Source of the DNA: Mobula hypostoma
Taxonomy: Eukaryota
Length of the DNA: 64,000 nucleotides
Direction: 5' to 3'
Assembly: GCF_963921235.1 (NCBI RefSeq)
Contig: NC_086100.1
Span: forward strand, 201,998,001 to 202,062,000
The first letter of the stretch is position 1, and every line of letters begins with the position of its first letter. Shown here one piece after another: positions 37,234-47,059 of the stretch. The translations under genes were made by a program, and so were the position numbers. The notes under the pieces were generated by a model. That model made no database searches, was not told the origin of the DNA, and saw only the letters and a program-made list of their open reading frames with translations.

Positions 37234-38345
37234 CACAAAATATTCTGCAGATGCTGGGGTGTAAGCAACACACACAACCCGCTGGAGGAACTCAGCAGGT
37301 CGGGCAGCATCCGTGGAAACCATCAGTCGACGTTTCAGACCGAGACCCTTCGTCGGGACTGAAGAGGGAGGGGACAGAGGCCCTATAAAGAAGGTGGGGG
37401 GGGCCACTTCAGCCCTCACCCCATCCTTCCGTCACCACAACAGGGACAGAGTTCCCTGTGTCCTCACCTACCACCCTACCAGCCTCCGGATCCAGCACAT
37501 TATCCTCCGCAACTTCTGCCACCTTCAACAAGATCCCACCACTAAGCAAATCTTTCACTCTCCACCCCTCTCCGCTTTCCACAGGGATCGGTCCCTCCCC
37601 ACGGATCTCCCACCCGGCACTTATCCCTGTAAGTGTAAGTGCTACACCTGTCCCTACACCTCCTCTCTTGCCACCATTCAGGGCCCCAAACAGTCCTTCC
37701 AGGTGAGGCAACACTTCACTTGTGAGTCTGTTGGGGTCATCTATTGCATCCGGTGCTCCCGGTGCGGCCTCCTCTACATCGGTGAAACCCGACGCAGATT
37801 GGGGGACCGCTTCGTAGAGCACCTCCGCTCCGTCTGCCACAACAGACAGGATCTCCCAGTAGCCACCCACTTCAACTCTGCTTCCCATTCCCATTCAGAT
37901 ATGACCATACATGGCCTCCTCTACTGCCATGATGAGGTTAAACTGAGGTTGGAGGAACAGCACCACATATACCCTCTAAGTAGTCTCCAGCCCCTTGGTA
38001 TGAACATAGAATTCTCCATCTTCCGGTAATTCCCTCCCCCTCCCTTCCTCTATCCCTATTTCACTCTGCCCCCTCCCCCAGCTGCCTATCACCTCCCTCA
38101 TGGTTCCACCTCCTTCTACTACCCATTGTGTTTTCCCCTATTCCTTCTTCACCTTTCCTGCCCATCCCCTCCCTGCTTCCCCTCCCCCACCCCCACCCCT
38201 TTATCTTTCCCCTTACTGGTTTTTCACCTGGAACCTACCAGCCTTCTCCTTCCCACCCTGCCCCCACCTTCTTTATAGGGCCTCTGCCCATTCCCTCTAC
38301 AGTCCTGATGAAGGGTTCCGGCCCGAAACGTTGACTGATTGTTTC
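37234..38345 (+). mobile_element. Penelope-like element fragment (GIY-YIG endonuclease) with inverted 3' copy, inserted in the Tc1 inverted repeat
   Basis: ORF 37313-38029 has VIYCIRCSRCGLLYIGETRRRLGDRFVEH..HFN. About 37316-37400 is an inverted repeat of about 38262-38346. Flanking CAAAAATAAT(T/A)CACTA at 37218-37233 and 38346-38361. Confidence 0.9.
38300..38337 (+). ncRNA. Minimal type I hammerhead ribozyme motif of the Penelope element
   Basis: CAGTC-CTGATGA-AGGG-TTCCGG-CCC-GAAA-CGTT-GACTG: conserved core boxes, helix I CAGTC/GACTG, helix II GGG/CCC, palindromic ACGT at helix III. Confidence 0.75.
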
Positions 38346-39059
38346 CAAAAATAATACACTAATCTTGCTTAAACTGTTGAAAAGAATGTTTCATCTTTAC
38401 CTTTACGACTTTATCAGTTCATCTGCTACTCATTTAACTATTCACAGTAACAAAAATTTTGTTCAGGGGTGCCCAAACTTTTGCATGCCACTGTATACCG
38501 ATATTTAATATGTATATAAAAATCTCAAATTCAATTGTCACTCAATATATTACCACATGGGTGGTTGGTTGTTGTAAATGCCATTTTGGGGCTCTGTTGA
38601 CGGTGGACTAATGGGAACTTTCCTGCTGTCTGCATACAGCATACATAGGGAAGATGTTCACACAGCTGGCTAGATGCCCACTTTTTAAATTACAAAGTTT
38701 CTTTACAAAAATTCACATTTTTAAATGAAACTTTTATAGTTCATGTGTAGGATGAGCTGGTGGAAGTTCTTGTCTGGAATACGTTTTTCCAGTACGATAG
38801 CTGGTACCTCCATTGCTCCCAGTATTGACTTGTTGCAGTCACTTCTTGACATCAGTGAACGAGTCAGTTATCTCCCAGCCTACCTGCTTTCGTGGCCACT
38901 TGCAGCCAAAGATCCATCAGTACTCTTAAGGTCCCGCCATTAACAGTCTACTGTCCCTTTACACTTGATCTCTCAAAGTGCAACACTTCACGTGTGGCAG
39001 AGTTAAACTCCGTTTGCCAGTGCTCCACACTATCCACAACACCACCTTCTGCAAACTTC

Positions 39060-39617
39060 TCGGCCTTCCGGCCGGCTACAGGTATCAATTATAACTGACG
39101 TTTCGATGACCAACTCTGCCATCATCTCCAGGGACAATGACTGGGCATGTCTAGGCGGGTGGTATTTATACCCCTGTATTCCATCCCTTTGATTGGTTAG
39201 TCCTCATCCAATCAGGTTTCCGCTGACCCACCTTGTTTACAATCAAATTCCAGTTCTTACTTAGAGCGAGACCTTCATCTTTGTTAAAATTCTTTCTCTC
39301 TCTCGTTTTATTTACCAAGCCATTGGCGCGGCACGGTAGCTTTGTGCCATTGAAGTCAATCCTATGGCCTTTGCAAATGCAGTGTTCTGCTACCGCCGAT
39401 TTCTCCAGGTAACCCGGATGGATACACCTCCTTGATGTGCATTTCCACCGTGCATCTTGTCTGCTGATAAACACCGCTCTGCATTCACTGGGAACAGGAG
39501 GAGCAGATATATTGCAGTTGGGTGTAAATATAATAGGGTAGCATGAGAGTGAGATTTTATCTTCCCTGATATAGACTGGGTCAGCCACGGTGTAAAAGGT
39601 TTGGACTGAGCTGCTTT
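39060..39617 (-). mobile_element. Decayed Penelope-like 3' fragment of a second family
   Basis: KSAVAEHC..GHRIDF..NFNKDEG.ALS..W (GIY-YIG C-terminus). Hammerhead-like motif at about 39093-39137. Confidence 0.7.
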
Positions 39618-39722
39618 TGAGTACATAGAAACATAGAAACATAGAAAATAGGTGCAGGAGTAGGCCATTCGGCCCTTCGAGCCTGCACCGCCATTTATTA
39701 TGATCATGGCTGATCATCCAAC

Positions 39723-42700
39723 TCAGAACCCAGCCTTCCCTCCATACCCCCTGACCCCTGTAGCCACAAGGGCCATATCTAACTTCCTTTTAAACATAGC
39801 TAATGAACTGGCCTCAACAGTTTGCTGTGGCAGAGAATTCCACAGATTCACCACTCTCTGTGTGAAGAAGTTTTTCCTAACCTCGGTCCTAAAAGGCTTC
39901 CCCTCTATCCTCAAACTGTGACCCCTCGTTCTAGACCTCCCCAACATCGGGAACAATCTTCCTGCATCTAGCCTGTCCAATCCCTTTAGGATCTTATACG
40001 TTTCAATCAGATCCCCCCTCAATCTTCTAAATTCCAACGAGTACAAGCCCAGTTCATCCAGTCTTTCTTCATATGAAAGACCTGCCATCCCAGGAATCAA
40101 TCTGGTGAACCTTCTTTGTACTCCCTCTATGGCAAAGATGTCTTTCCTCAGATTAGGGGACCAAAACTGCACACAATACTCCAGGTGTGGTCTCACCAAG
40201 GCCTTGTACAACTGCAGTAGTACCTCCCTGCTCCTGTACTCGAATCCTCTCGCTATAAATGCCAGCATACCGTTCGCCTTTTTCACCGCCTGCTGTACCT
40301 GCATGCCCACTTTCAATGACTGGTGTATAATGACACCCAGGTCTCGTTGCACCTCCCCTTTTCCTAATCGGCCACCATTCAGATAATAATCTGTTTTCCT
40401 ATTTTTGCCACCAAAGTGGATAACTTCACATTTATCCACATTAAATTGCATCTGCCATGAGTTTGCCCACTCACCCAACCTATCCAAGTCACCCTGCATC
40501 CTCTTAGCATCCTCCTCACTGCTAACACTGCCACCCAGCTTCGTGTCATCCGCAAACTTGGAGATGCTGCATTTAATTCCCTCATCCAAGTCATTAATAT
40601 ATATTGTAAACAACTGGGGTCCCAGCACTGAGCCTTGCGGTACCCCACTAGTCACCGCCTGCCATTCTGAAAAGGTCCCGTTTATTCCCACTCTTTGCTT
40701 CCTGTCTGCTAACCAATTCTCCACCCACACCAATACCTTACCCCCAATACCGTGTGCTTTAAGTTTGCACACTAATCTCCTATGTGGGACCTTGTCAAAA
40801 GCCTTTTGAAAATCCAAATATACCACATCCACTGGTTCTCCCCTATCCACTCTACTAGTTACATCCTCAAAAAATTCTATGAGATTCGTCAGACATGATT
40901 TTCCTTTCACAAATCCATGCTGACTTTGTCCGATCATTTCACCGCTTTCCAAATGTGCTGTTATCACATCCTTGATAACTGACTCCAGCAGTTTCCCCAC
41001 CACCGACGTTAGGCTAACCGGCCTATAATTCCCCGGTTTCTCTCTCCCTCCTTTTTTAAAAAGTGGGGTTACATTAGCCACCCTCCAATCCTCAGGAACT
41101 AGTCCAGAATCTAACGAGTTTTGAAAAATTATCACTAATGCATCCACTATTTCTTGGGCCACTTCCTTAAGCACTCTGGGATGCAGACCATCTGGCCCTG
41201 GGGATTTATCTGCCTTCAATCCCTTCAATTTACCTAACACCACTTCCCTACTAACATGTATTTCGCTCAGTTCCTCCATCTCACTGGACCCTCTGTCCCT
41301 TACTATTTCTGGAAGATTATTTATGTCCTCCTTAGTGAAGACAGAACCAAAGTAATTATTCAATTGGTCTGCCATGTCCTTGCTCCCCATAATCAATTCA
41401 CCTGTTTCTGTTTGCAGGGGACCTACATTTGTCTTTATCAGTCTTTTCCTTTTTACATATCTATAAAAGCTTTTACAGTCCGTTTTTATGTTCTCTGCCA
41501 GTTTTCTCTCATAATCTTTTTTCCCCTTCCTAATTAAGCCCTTTGTCCTCCTCTGCTGAACTCTGAATTTCTCCCAGTCCTCAGGTGAGCCACTTTCTCT
41601 GGCTAATTTGTATGCTACTTCTTTGGAATTGATACTATCCCTAATTTCTCTTGTCAGCCACGGGTGCACTACCTTCCTTGATTTATTCTTTTGCCAAACT
41701 GGGATGAACAATTGTTGTAGTTCATCCATGCAACCTTTAAATGCCTGCCATTGCATATCCACCGTCAATCCTTGAAGTGTCATTTGCCAGTCTATCTTAG
41801 CTAATTCATGTCTCATACCTTCAAAGTTACCCCTCTTTAAGTTCAGAACCTTTGTTTCTGAATTAACTACGTCACTCTCCATGTTAATGAAGAATTCCAC
41901 CATATTATGGTCACTCTTACCCAAGGGGCCTCTCACGACAAGATCGCTAATTAACCCTTCCTCATTGCTCAAAACCCAGTCCAGAATAGCCTGCTCTCTA
42001 GTCGGTTCCTCGACATGTTGGTTCAAAAAACCATCCCGCATACATTCCAAGAAATCCTCTTCCTCAGCACCTTTACCAATTTGGTTCACCCAGTCTACAT
42101 GTAGATTGAAGTCACCCATTATAACTGCTGTTCCTTTATTGCACACATTTCTAATTTCCTGTTTAATACCATCTCCGACCTCACTACTACTGTTAGGTGG
42201 CCTGTACACAACTCCCACCAGCGTCTTCTGCCCCTTAGTGTTACGCAGCTCTACCCATATCGATTCCACATCTTCCCGGCTTATGTCCTTCCTTTCTATT
42301 GCGTTAATCTCTTTTTTAACCAGCAACGCCACCCCACCTCCCCTTCCTTCGTGTCTATCCCTCCTGAATATTGAATATCCCTGAACGTTGAGCTCCCATC
42401 CCTGGTCACCCTGGAGCCATGTCTCTGTGATCCCAACTATATCATAATCATTAATAACAATCTGCACTTTCAATTCATCCACCTTATTACGAATGCTCCT
42501 TGCATTGACACATAAAGCCTTCAGGCACTCTTTTACAACTCTCTTAGCCCTTTTTAATGCTTGCCCTGGATTTGTCGGCCTGCCACTTTTACTTTTCCCC
42601 TTTGTACTTTTTGCTTCTACGCTCACTTTACACCCCTCTGTCTCTCTGCACTGGTTCCCATCCCTCTGTTGTGAACTAACCTCCTCACACCTAGCCGCTT

Positions 42701-42743
42701 TAATTTGATTCCCACCCCCCAACCATTCTAGTTTAAAGTCACC
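39723..42743 (-). CDS. CR1 ORF2p (APE endonuclease plus reverse transcriptase), intact, stop-to-stop, no N-terminal ATG
   Basis: CVNARS, ITETWL, MGDFN, SDHN, NYRPVSLT, GVPQGS, FADD motifs. About 1000 codons with no stop. Confidence 0.95.
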   Translation of the reverse strand, partial: GDFKLEWLGGGNQIKAARCEEVSSQQRDGNQCRETEGCKVSVEAKSTKGKSKSGRPTNPGQALKRAKRVVKECLKALCVNARSIRNKVDELKVQIVINDYDIVGITETWLQGDQGWELNVQGYSIFRRDRHEGRGGGVALLVKKEINAIERKDISREDVESIWVELRNTKGQKTLVGVVYRPPNSSSEVGDGIKQEIRNVCNKGTAVIMGDFNLHVDWVNQIGKGAEEEDFLECMRDGFLNQHVEEPTREQAILDWVLSNEEGLISDLVVRGPLGKSDHNMVEFFINMESDVVNSETKVLNLKRGNFEGMRHELAKIDWQMTLQGLTVDMQWQAFKGCMDELQQLFIPVWQKNKSRKVVHPWLTREIRDSINSKEVAYKLARESGSPEDWEKFRVQQRRTKGLIRKGKKDYERKLAENIKTDCKSFYRYVKRKRLIKTNVGPLQTETGELIMGSKDMADQLNNYFGSVFTKEDINNLPEIVRDRGSSEMEELSEIHVSREVVLGKLKGLKADKSPGPDGLHPRVLKEVAQEIVDALVIIFQNSLDSGLVPEDWRVANVTPLFKKGGREKPGNYRPVSLTSVVGKLLESVIKDVITAHLESGEMIGQSQHGFVKGKSCLTNLIEFFEDVTSRVDRGEPVDVVYLDFQKAFDKVPHRRLVCKLKAHGIGGKVLVWVENWLADRKQRVGINGTFSEWQAVTSGVPQGSVLGPQLFTIYINDLDEGIKCSISKFADDTKLGGSVSSEEDAKRMQGDLDRLGEWANSWQMQFNVDKCEVIHFGGKNRKTDYYLNGGRLGKGEVQRDLGVIIHQSLKVGMQVQQAVKKANGMLAFIARGFEYRSREVLLQLYKALVRPHLEYCVQFWSPNLRKDIFAIEGVQRRFTRLIPGMAGLSYEERLDELGLYSLEFRRLRGDLIETYKILKGLDRLDAGRLFPMLGRSRTRGHSLRIEGKPFRTEVRKNFFTQRVVNLWNSLPQQTVEASSLAMFKRKLDMALVATGVRGYGGKAGF

Positions 42744-43663
42744 TCAGTAGCCCCCGCTAATCTCCCTGCCAGGATATTGGTCCCCCGAGGATTTAAGTGT
42801 AACCCGTCCTTTTTGTACAGGTCACACCTGCGCCAAAAGAGGTCCCAATGATCCAAAAACTTGAATCCCTGCCCCCTGCTCCAATCCCTCAGCCACGCAT
42901 TTATCCTCCACCTCATCGCATTCCTACTCTCACTGTCGCGTGGCACAGGCAGTAATCCCGAGATTACTACCTTTGCGGTCCTTTTTCTCAACTCCCTTCC
43001 TAGCTCCCTATATTCTTCTTTCAGGACCTCATCCCTTTTCCTACCTATGTCATTGGTACCTATATGTACCAGGACCTCTGGCTCTTCACCCTCCCACTTC
43101 AGGATATCTTGGACACGATCAGAAATATCCCGGACCCTGGCACCAGGGAGGCAAACTACCATCCGAGTCTCTGGACTGCGTCCACAGAATCGCCTATCTG
43201 ACCCCCTTACTATCGAGTCCCCTATCACAACTGCCCTCCTCTTCCTTGCCCTACCCTTCTGAGCTACAGGGCCAGACTCTGTGCCGGAGGCAGGGCCACT
43301 GTCGCTTCCCCCGGGTAAGCTGTCCCCCCCAACAGTACTCAAACAGGAGTACCTGTTGTTAAGGGGCACAGCCGCCGGGGTACTCCCCATCACCTTCCTT
43401 TTCCCCTTCCCCCTCCTAACCGTGACCCACTTGTCTGCCTCCCGTGGCCCCGGCGTGACCACCTGCCTTCCACTCCTATCTATCACCTCCTCACTCTCCC
43501 TGACCAGACGAAGGTCATCGAGCTGCAGCTCCAGTTCCGTAACGCGGTCCCTTAGGAGCTGCATCTCGATGCACTTGGCGCAGATGTAGACGTCCGGGAG
43601 GCTTGGAGACTCCAGGGCCTCCCACATCCGACACCGAGAACAGCAAACTGCCCTCACAGTCAT
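42728..43663 (-). CDS. CR1 ORF1p, 311 aa (zinc finger, coiled coil, SGNH esterase)
   Basis: MTVRAVCCSRC..YICAKC, GDSIVRG, HIGTND and DGLH motifs. The ATG at 43663 lies inside the TSD-defined element, whereas the track start at 43825 is outside it. Confidence 0.93.
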   Translation of the reverse strand: MTVRAVCCSRCRMWEALESPSLPDVYICAKCIEMQLLRDRVTELELQLDDLRLVRESEEVIDRSGRQVVTPGPREADKWVTVRRGKGKRKVMGSTPAAVPLNNRYSCLSTVGGDSLPGGSDSGPASGTESGPVAQKGRARKRRAVVIGDSIVRGSDRRFCGRSPETRMVVCLPGARVRDISDRVQDILKWEGEEPEVLVHIGTNDIGRKRDEVLKEEYRELGRELRKRTAKVVISGLLPVPRDSESRNAMRWRINAWLRDWSRGQGFKFLDHWDLFWRRCDLYKKDGLHLNPRGTNILAGRLAGATEVTLN

Positions 43664-43711
43664 AATGCCCCTCTCCTCAAATAGCAACAGAAAATGAATG
43701 TCAATGAGTAC

Positions 43712-44525
43712 GATGGGTAGTGCTGAGTGATAGAGAACAGGGAGTCTGCAGAAGGACTCGGATCGGGAGAACGGGCAAAGATGTGGCAGATGGTATATAC
43801 TCTCGAGAAGTGAATGGTCATGCACTTTGGTAGAAGGAATAAAGTCAGACTATTTTCTAAATGGAGAAAATTCAAAAATCAGTGATGCACAGTCCTTGTG
43901 CAGGATTCCCTAAAGGTTAATTTGCAGGTTGACTTGGTGGTGAGGAAGGCACATGTGATGTTAGCATTTGTTTTAAGAGGAGCAGAATATAAAAGCAAGG
44001 TTGTAATGAGGCTTTATAAACACTGGTCAGACCAGACTGGAGTATCGTGAGCAGTTTTGGGCCCTTTATCTAGGAAAAGATTGTTCTGGCATTGGAGAGT
44101 GTCGAAAGGGGGTTTACAGGATTGATAGGGTTAACATAAGAGGATCACTCAGGGCCTGTGTTCACTGGAGTTTAGAAGAATGCAGGGGTATCTCATTGAA
44201 ACCTATTGAATATTGAAAGGCCTTGAGAGAATGTATGTGGAGAGTCTTGGACCAGAGGGCACAGCCTCAGAATAGAGGGGTGTCCATTTAGAACAGAGAC
44301 GAGGAATTTCTTTAGCCAGAGGGTGGTTAATCAGTGGAATACATTGCCAAAGATGGCTGTGGAGGCCAAGTCATTATATTTAAAAAGAGGTTATTAGGTT
44401 CTTTATTAGTCATAGTGTCAAAGATTATGCTGAGAAGGTAGGGGAATGGGGTTGAGAGGGGTAATCAATCAGCTATGATAAACTGGTGAAGCAGAGTCAA
44501 TGGCCTAATTCTGCTTCTATATCTC
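43712..44525 (+). mobile_element. Old CR1 3' fragment
   Basis: Degenerate MHFGRRN, RP.LEY..QFW and FFSQRVV remnants. Confidence 0.8.
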
Positions 44526-45522
44526 AGGGTAAAATGAGGTTCTTCAAGTCCAGAACACACACAATTTTGGAGGAATCCAGCAGGTCCACAGAGGGGAATA
44601 AACAATCAGCATTTTGGGCTGTGAACCTTCATCAGGATTTTTGCCTGAGCTGCAGCAGAATTCTGTGTGTGTTACTCTCTATCAATATATAGATGGGGTA
44701 CAGCACTGAATCTTCGGGGCACGAGGTGCAAGTTGGGCCCAGTGACCATAGTTCTATTAGTTATGGGAAAGTCCTGAAGCAGGACAGAACAAACTTCAGG
44801 GCCATTTGGTGGTGTCTTGCAGAGGTCGAATGGGTGAGATTGCAGGGAAACGAGCCTCTGACAGAGTGATGTCAGGGTCTACATGTTCCTGTTGAGAACC
44901 CTGGCTGAGGACAGTTACTGAGACTCTGGTGAAGACAATGTGGGAGGCAGCCACTGCACAAGAAATGCAGGTGATTTCAGAGGGAAGTTAGAAAGGCAAA
45001 AATATTTCGAACCTGGCTGAAGCAGAATCTCATGATACTGTAGAGAAATATTAAGATTATTATGGTGGCTAGGGAGAGAACACCATGGCTGTCTGAGTGA
45101 GGAAGCAAAGGAAAAGGGTGAGATTTTTAATTGGTTTATTATTGTCATGTACTGAGATAGTGAAAAGCTGGTCTTGCCTACTGTCCATACAGATCAGATC
45201 ATTACCCAAACCTTACATTAAAACAACAATACAGAATAAAGTGTCACAGTTACAGAGAGTGCAGTGCAGGCAATAAGGTGCAAGAACATAATGTCAATTC
45301 AAGTCACTGTACTCAGTAGATCTATGACAGGGTCGAAGCCATTCTTGAGCCTTGTGGCAGGGAGGGTTTCAGGCTTTTTGTATCTCCCGCCCCATGGGAG
45401 GGGAGGCTGGTTCCACAGGCAGAGCAGTTATCATACTAGGCCACGATGCACCCAAATCTGGCATCAATGGGCTGTGCCAGATTGCTTTAGCCTCCTGAGG
45501 AAGGACAGGTGTCCATGAAAAT

Positions 45523-45539
45523 TTTAATGAATATTTATT
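45523..45539 (-). terminator. Candidate tandem polyA signals (AATAAA, ATTAAA) for the minus-strand gene
   Basis: Minus strand reads CAATAAATATTCATTAAAA. These are the first such hexamers I found downstream of the 46682 stop. Confidence 0.4.
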
Positions 45540-45911
45540 GTGTAGTGGGGAAAACAATGGTTAAGGAGATGGCAAAAATTTGTGGTGGTGGCTTGGACAA
45601 CATACAAGTTTTGCAGGGAGAAGATAGTGGAGGTTTAAAATAGCCTGGAAGAGGATCAGGGCTGGATAGGGAAGGCCAGAGATTCGTGCTTCATTTCTGG
45701 ACTGGAGGGTGGATAATGTAGAACTACTGTGCCACTACAGGCCAGTGTGGGTGAGCTGCACTGTCCTTGCCCATTCAGACATCAGGATAGTAATGAACGG
45801 TTGAGTTGTGGGAGTGTTGTCACTATCCTCTATCACACCTTCCTGCCTGTGATGGAGTCAGGGGACCGAGGTGTGCTGATAATGAACCTATCTCACTGGT
45901 TTGTGTTACAG

Positions 45912-46049
45912 GCTCAGGAGGAACAGCGGTCGGACGCCGTGTGTGTGGGCAAGGTGGTCCTCCCCTGTGCACCGGGTGAGGGTCAGTGTCACCGTGTGGT
46001 GATGCAGCAGGAACAACTGTACCAGTTACACAGCCGTCTCATCTCCTAG
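45912..46049 (+). CDS. DCTN1: DCTN1 last coding exon, [45 protein letters not shown]
   Basis: gtgttacAG acceptor, phase 0. Ends in the DCTN1 C-terminus QLHSRLIS followed by TAG. Confidence 0.96.
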   Translation, partial: AQEEQRSDAVCVGKVVLPCAPGEGQCHRVVMQQEQLYQLHSRLIS

Positions 46050-46335
46050 AAACACCACCCTCCCATGGCCTCAATCTCCTAGACCCCTCACCCTTCCTCT
46101 ACAAAAGCCCCCACACGACACCCTGCAAGTACAAACAGCCAGGTGTAGAGCTGACATGAACTAGATCCCCTTATACCTGAATACACACTCACTCCCCAAA
46201 AACATTGCAGCATCACAGCCCAATCCCTCACCAGCGGCAGGACAACACTTCTACAGGAACTGGACAGACAGACAGAATGTTTCTGATGTCCTCATGGGGC
46301 TGGGGTTCTGAATCTGCTGGTTGGAGCTGTTCATG

Positions 46336-46341
46336 AATAAA
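46336..46341 (+). terminator. DCTN1: DCTN1 polyadenylation signal AATAAA
   Basis: First AATAAA after the stop codon (about 290 nt later), followed about 20 nt on by a GT-rich element (GGGTGTGGTGTCTGTCCTTTG). Confidence 0.8.
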
Positions 46342-46681
46342 ATGAAATGCTAAACTGCTGGGTGTGGTGTCTGTCCTTTGGGGTGGGAAAGGGCGTCTTC
46401 TAACCACTGCCTACTGGGCTTGATGGAAGCAAGCACAATGGCCACAATTAAAATGTTTTTTTTTGGGGGGGGGGGAGAGAGTACCCCACCCCTGAGGGAG
46501 AAAGGACATAGCTCCAGCAGCTGTAACACTGCAAAGGGTGGGCTGGGGTCTGATCAGTGGCTGCATCTCACAACAGAAGCCAGCTTTTTCTTTGGTCCTG
46601 AAAATGGCTCTCTTCCACCCACCACCCCCCCCCCACACACACAGCAACAATTCCTCCCTGCATAGGACATGTCCAAGGGTG

Positions 46682-46848
46682 TCAGTGGGAGGAGCCCCTG
46701 CGGCCCGAGTACACTGGCCGACCACAATGAGCCAAGCTGTATGGCTCCTGCGCTCGTCGCCTCATCACGCGCCTGTTGCACACCGGTGGCCAGGGACCAT
46801 TCAGGCGCTGAGGGTCGCCCATGGCAGAAGCCCTGTCAGCAGCAGCTC
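46682..46848 (-). CDS. Candidate terminal coding exon of the same convergent gene, (G)AAADRASAMGDPQRLNGPWPPVCNRRVMRRRAQEPYSLAHCGRPVYSGRRGSSH*
   Basis: Minus strand CCCTTTTTCATTTTGCAG acceptor. The longest open frame is phase 1, matching the 58379 donor. CpG-rich, non-repeat sequence. Confidence 0.6.
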
Positions 46849-47059
46849 CTGCAAAATGAAAAAGGGTGTGAGCAAAAGGGCAAGTTCTGTCATGGGGCAT
46901 GACAGGTTCACAGCACATCATCTCTCTGCACGTGCTTCCCTTCACTGTTCATGTAGCACAAGACACCCTCTCCACCACCATCTCAAGCTGCATATTCCAG
47001 TCACCCTAACTATTCTGTCCAGTAACTTCACTTCCACTATTCCCATTTCCCTTCTTGAA

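Larger units (their letters stand above)
35758..38493 (-). mobile_element. Tc1/mariner DNA transposon with long (IR/DR-type) inverted repeats and TA TSD
   Basis: TA-CAGTGGCATGCAAAAGTTTGGGCAC ... GTGCCCAAACTTTTGCATGCCACTG-TA. Inner repeats at about 35953 and 37156. Confidence 0.95.
39625..43704 (-). mobile_element. Young CR1 LINE with both ORFs intact and 7-bp TSD
   Basis: TSD TGAGTAC at 39618-39624 and 43705-43711. (ATAGAAAC)n tail. Only about 40 nt precede the ORF1 ATG, so the 5' UTR is probably truncated. Confidence 0.97.

Noticed and set aside
43664..43825. N-terminal extension of CR1 ORF1 in the ORF track
   Set aside because: It crosses the TSD at 43705-43711 into an older opposite-strand CR1; the real start is the ATG at 43663.
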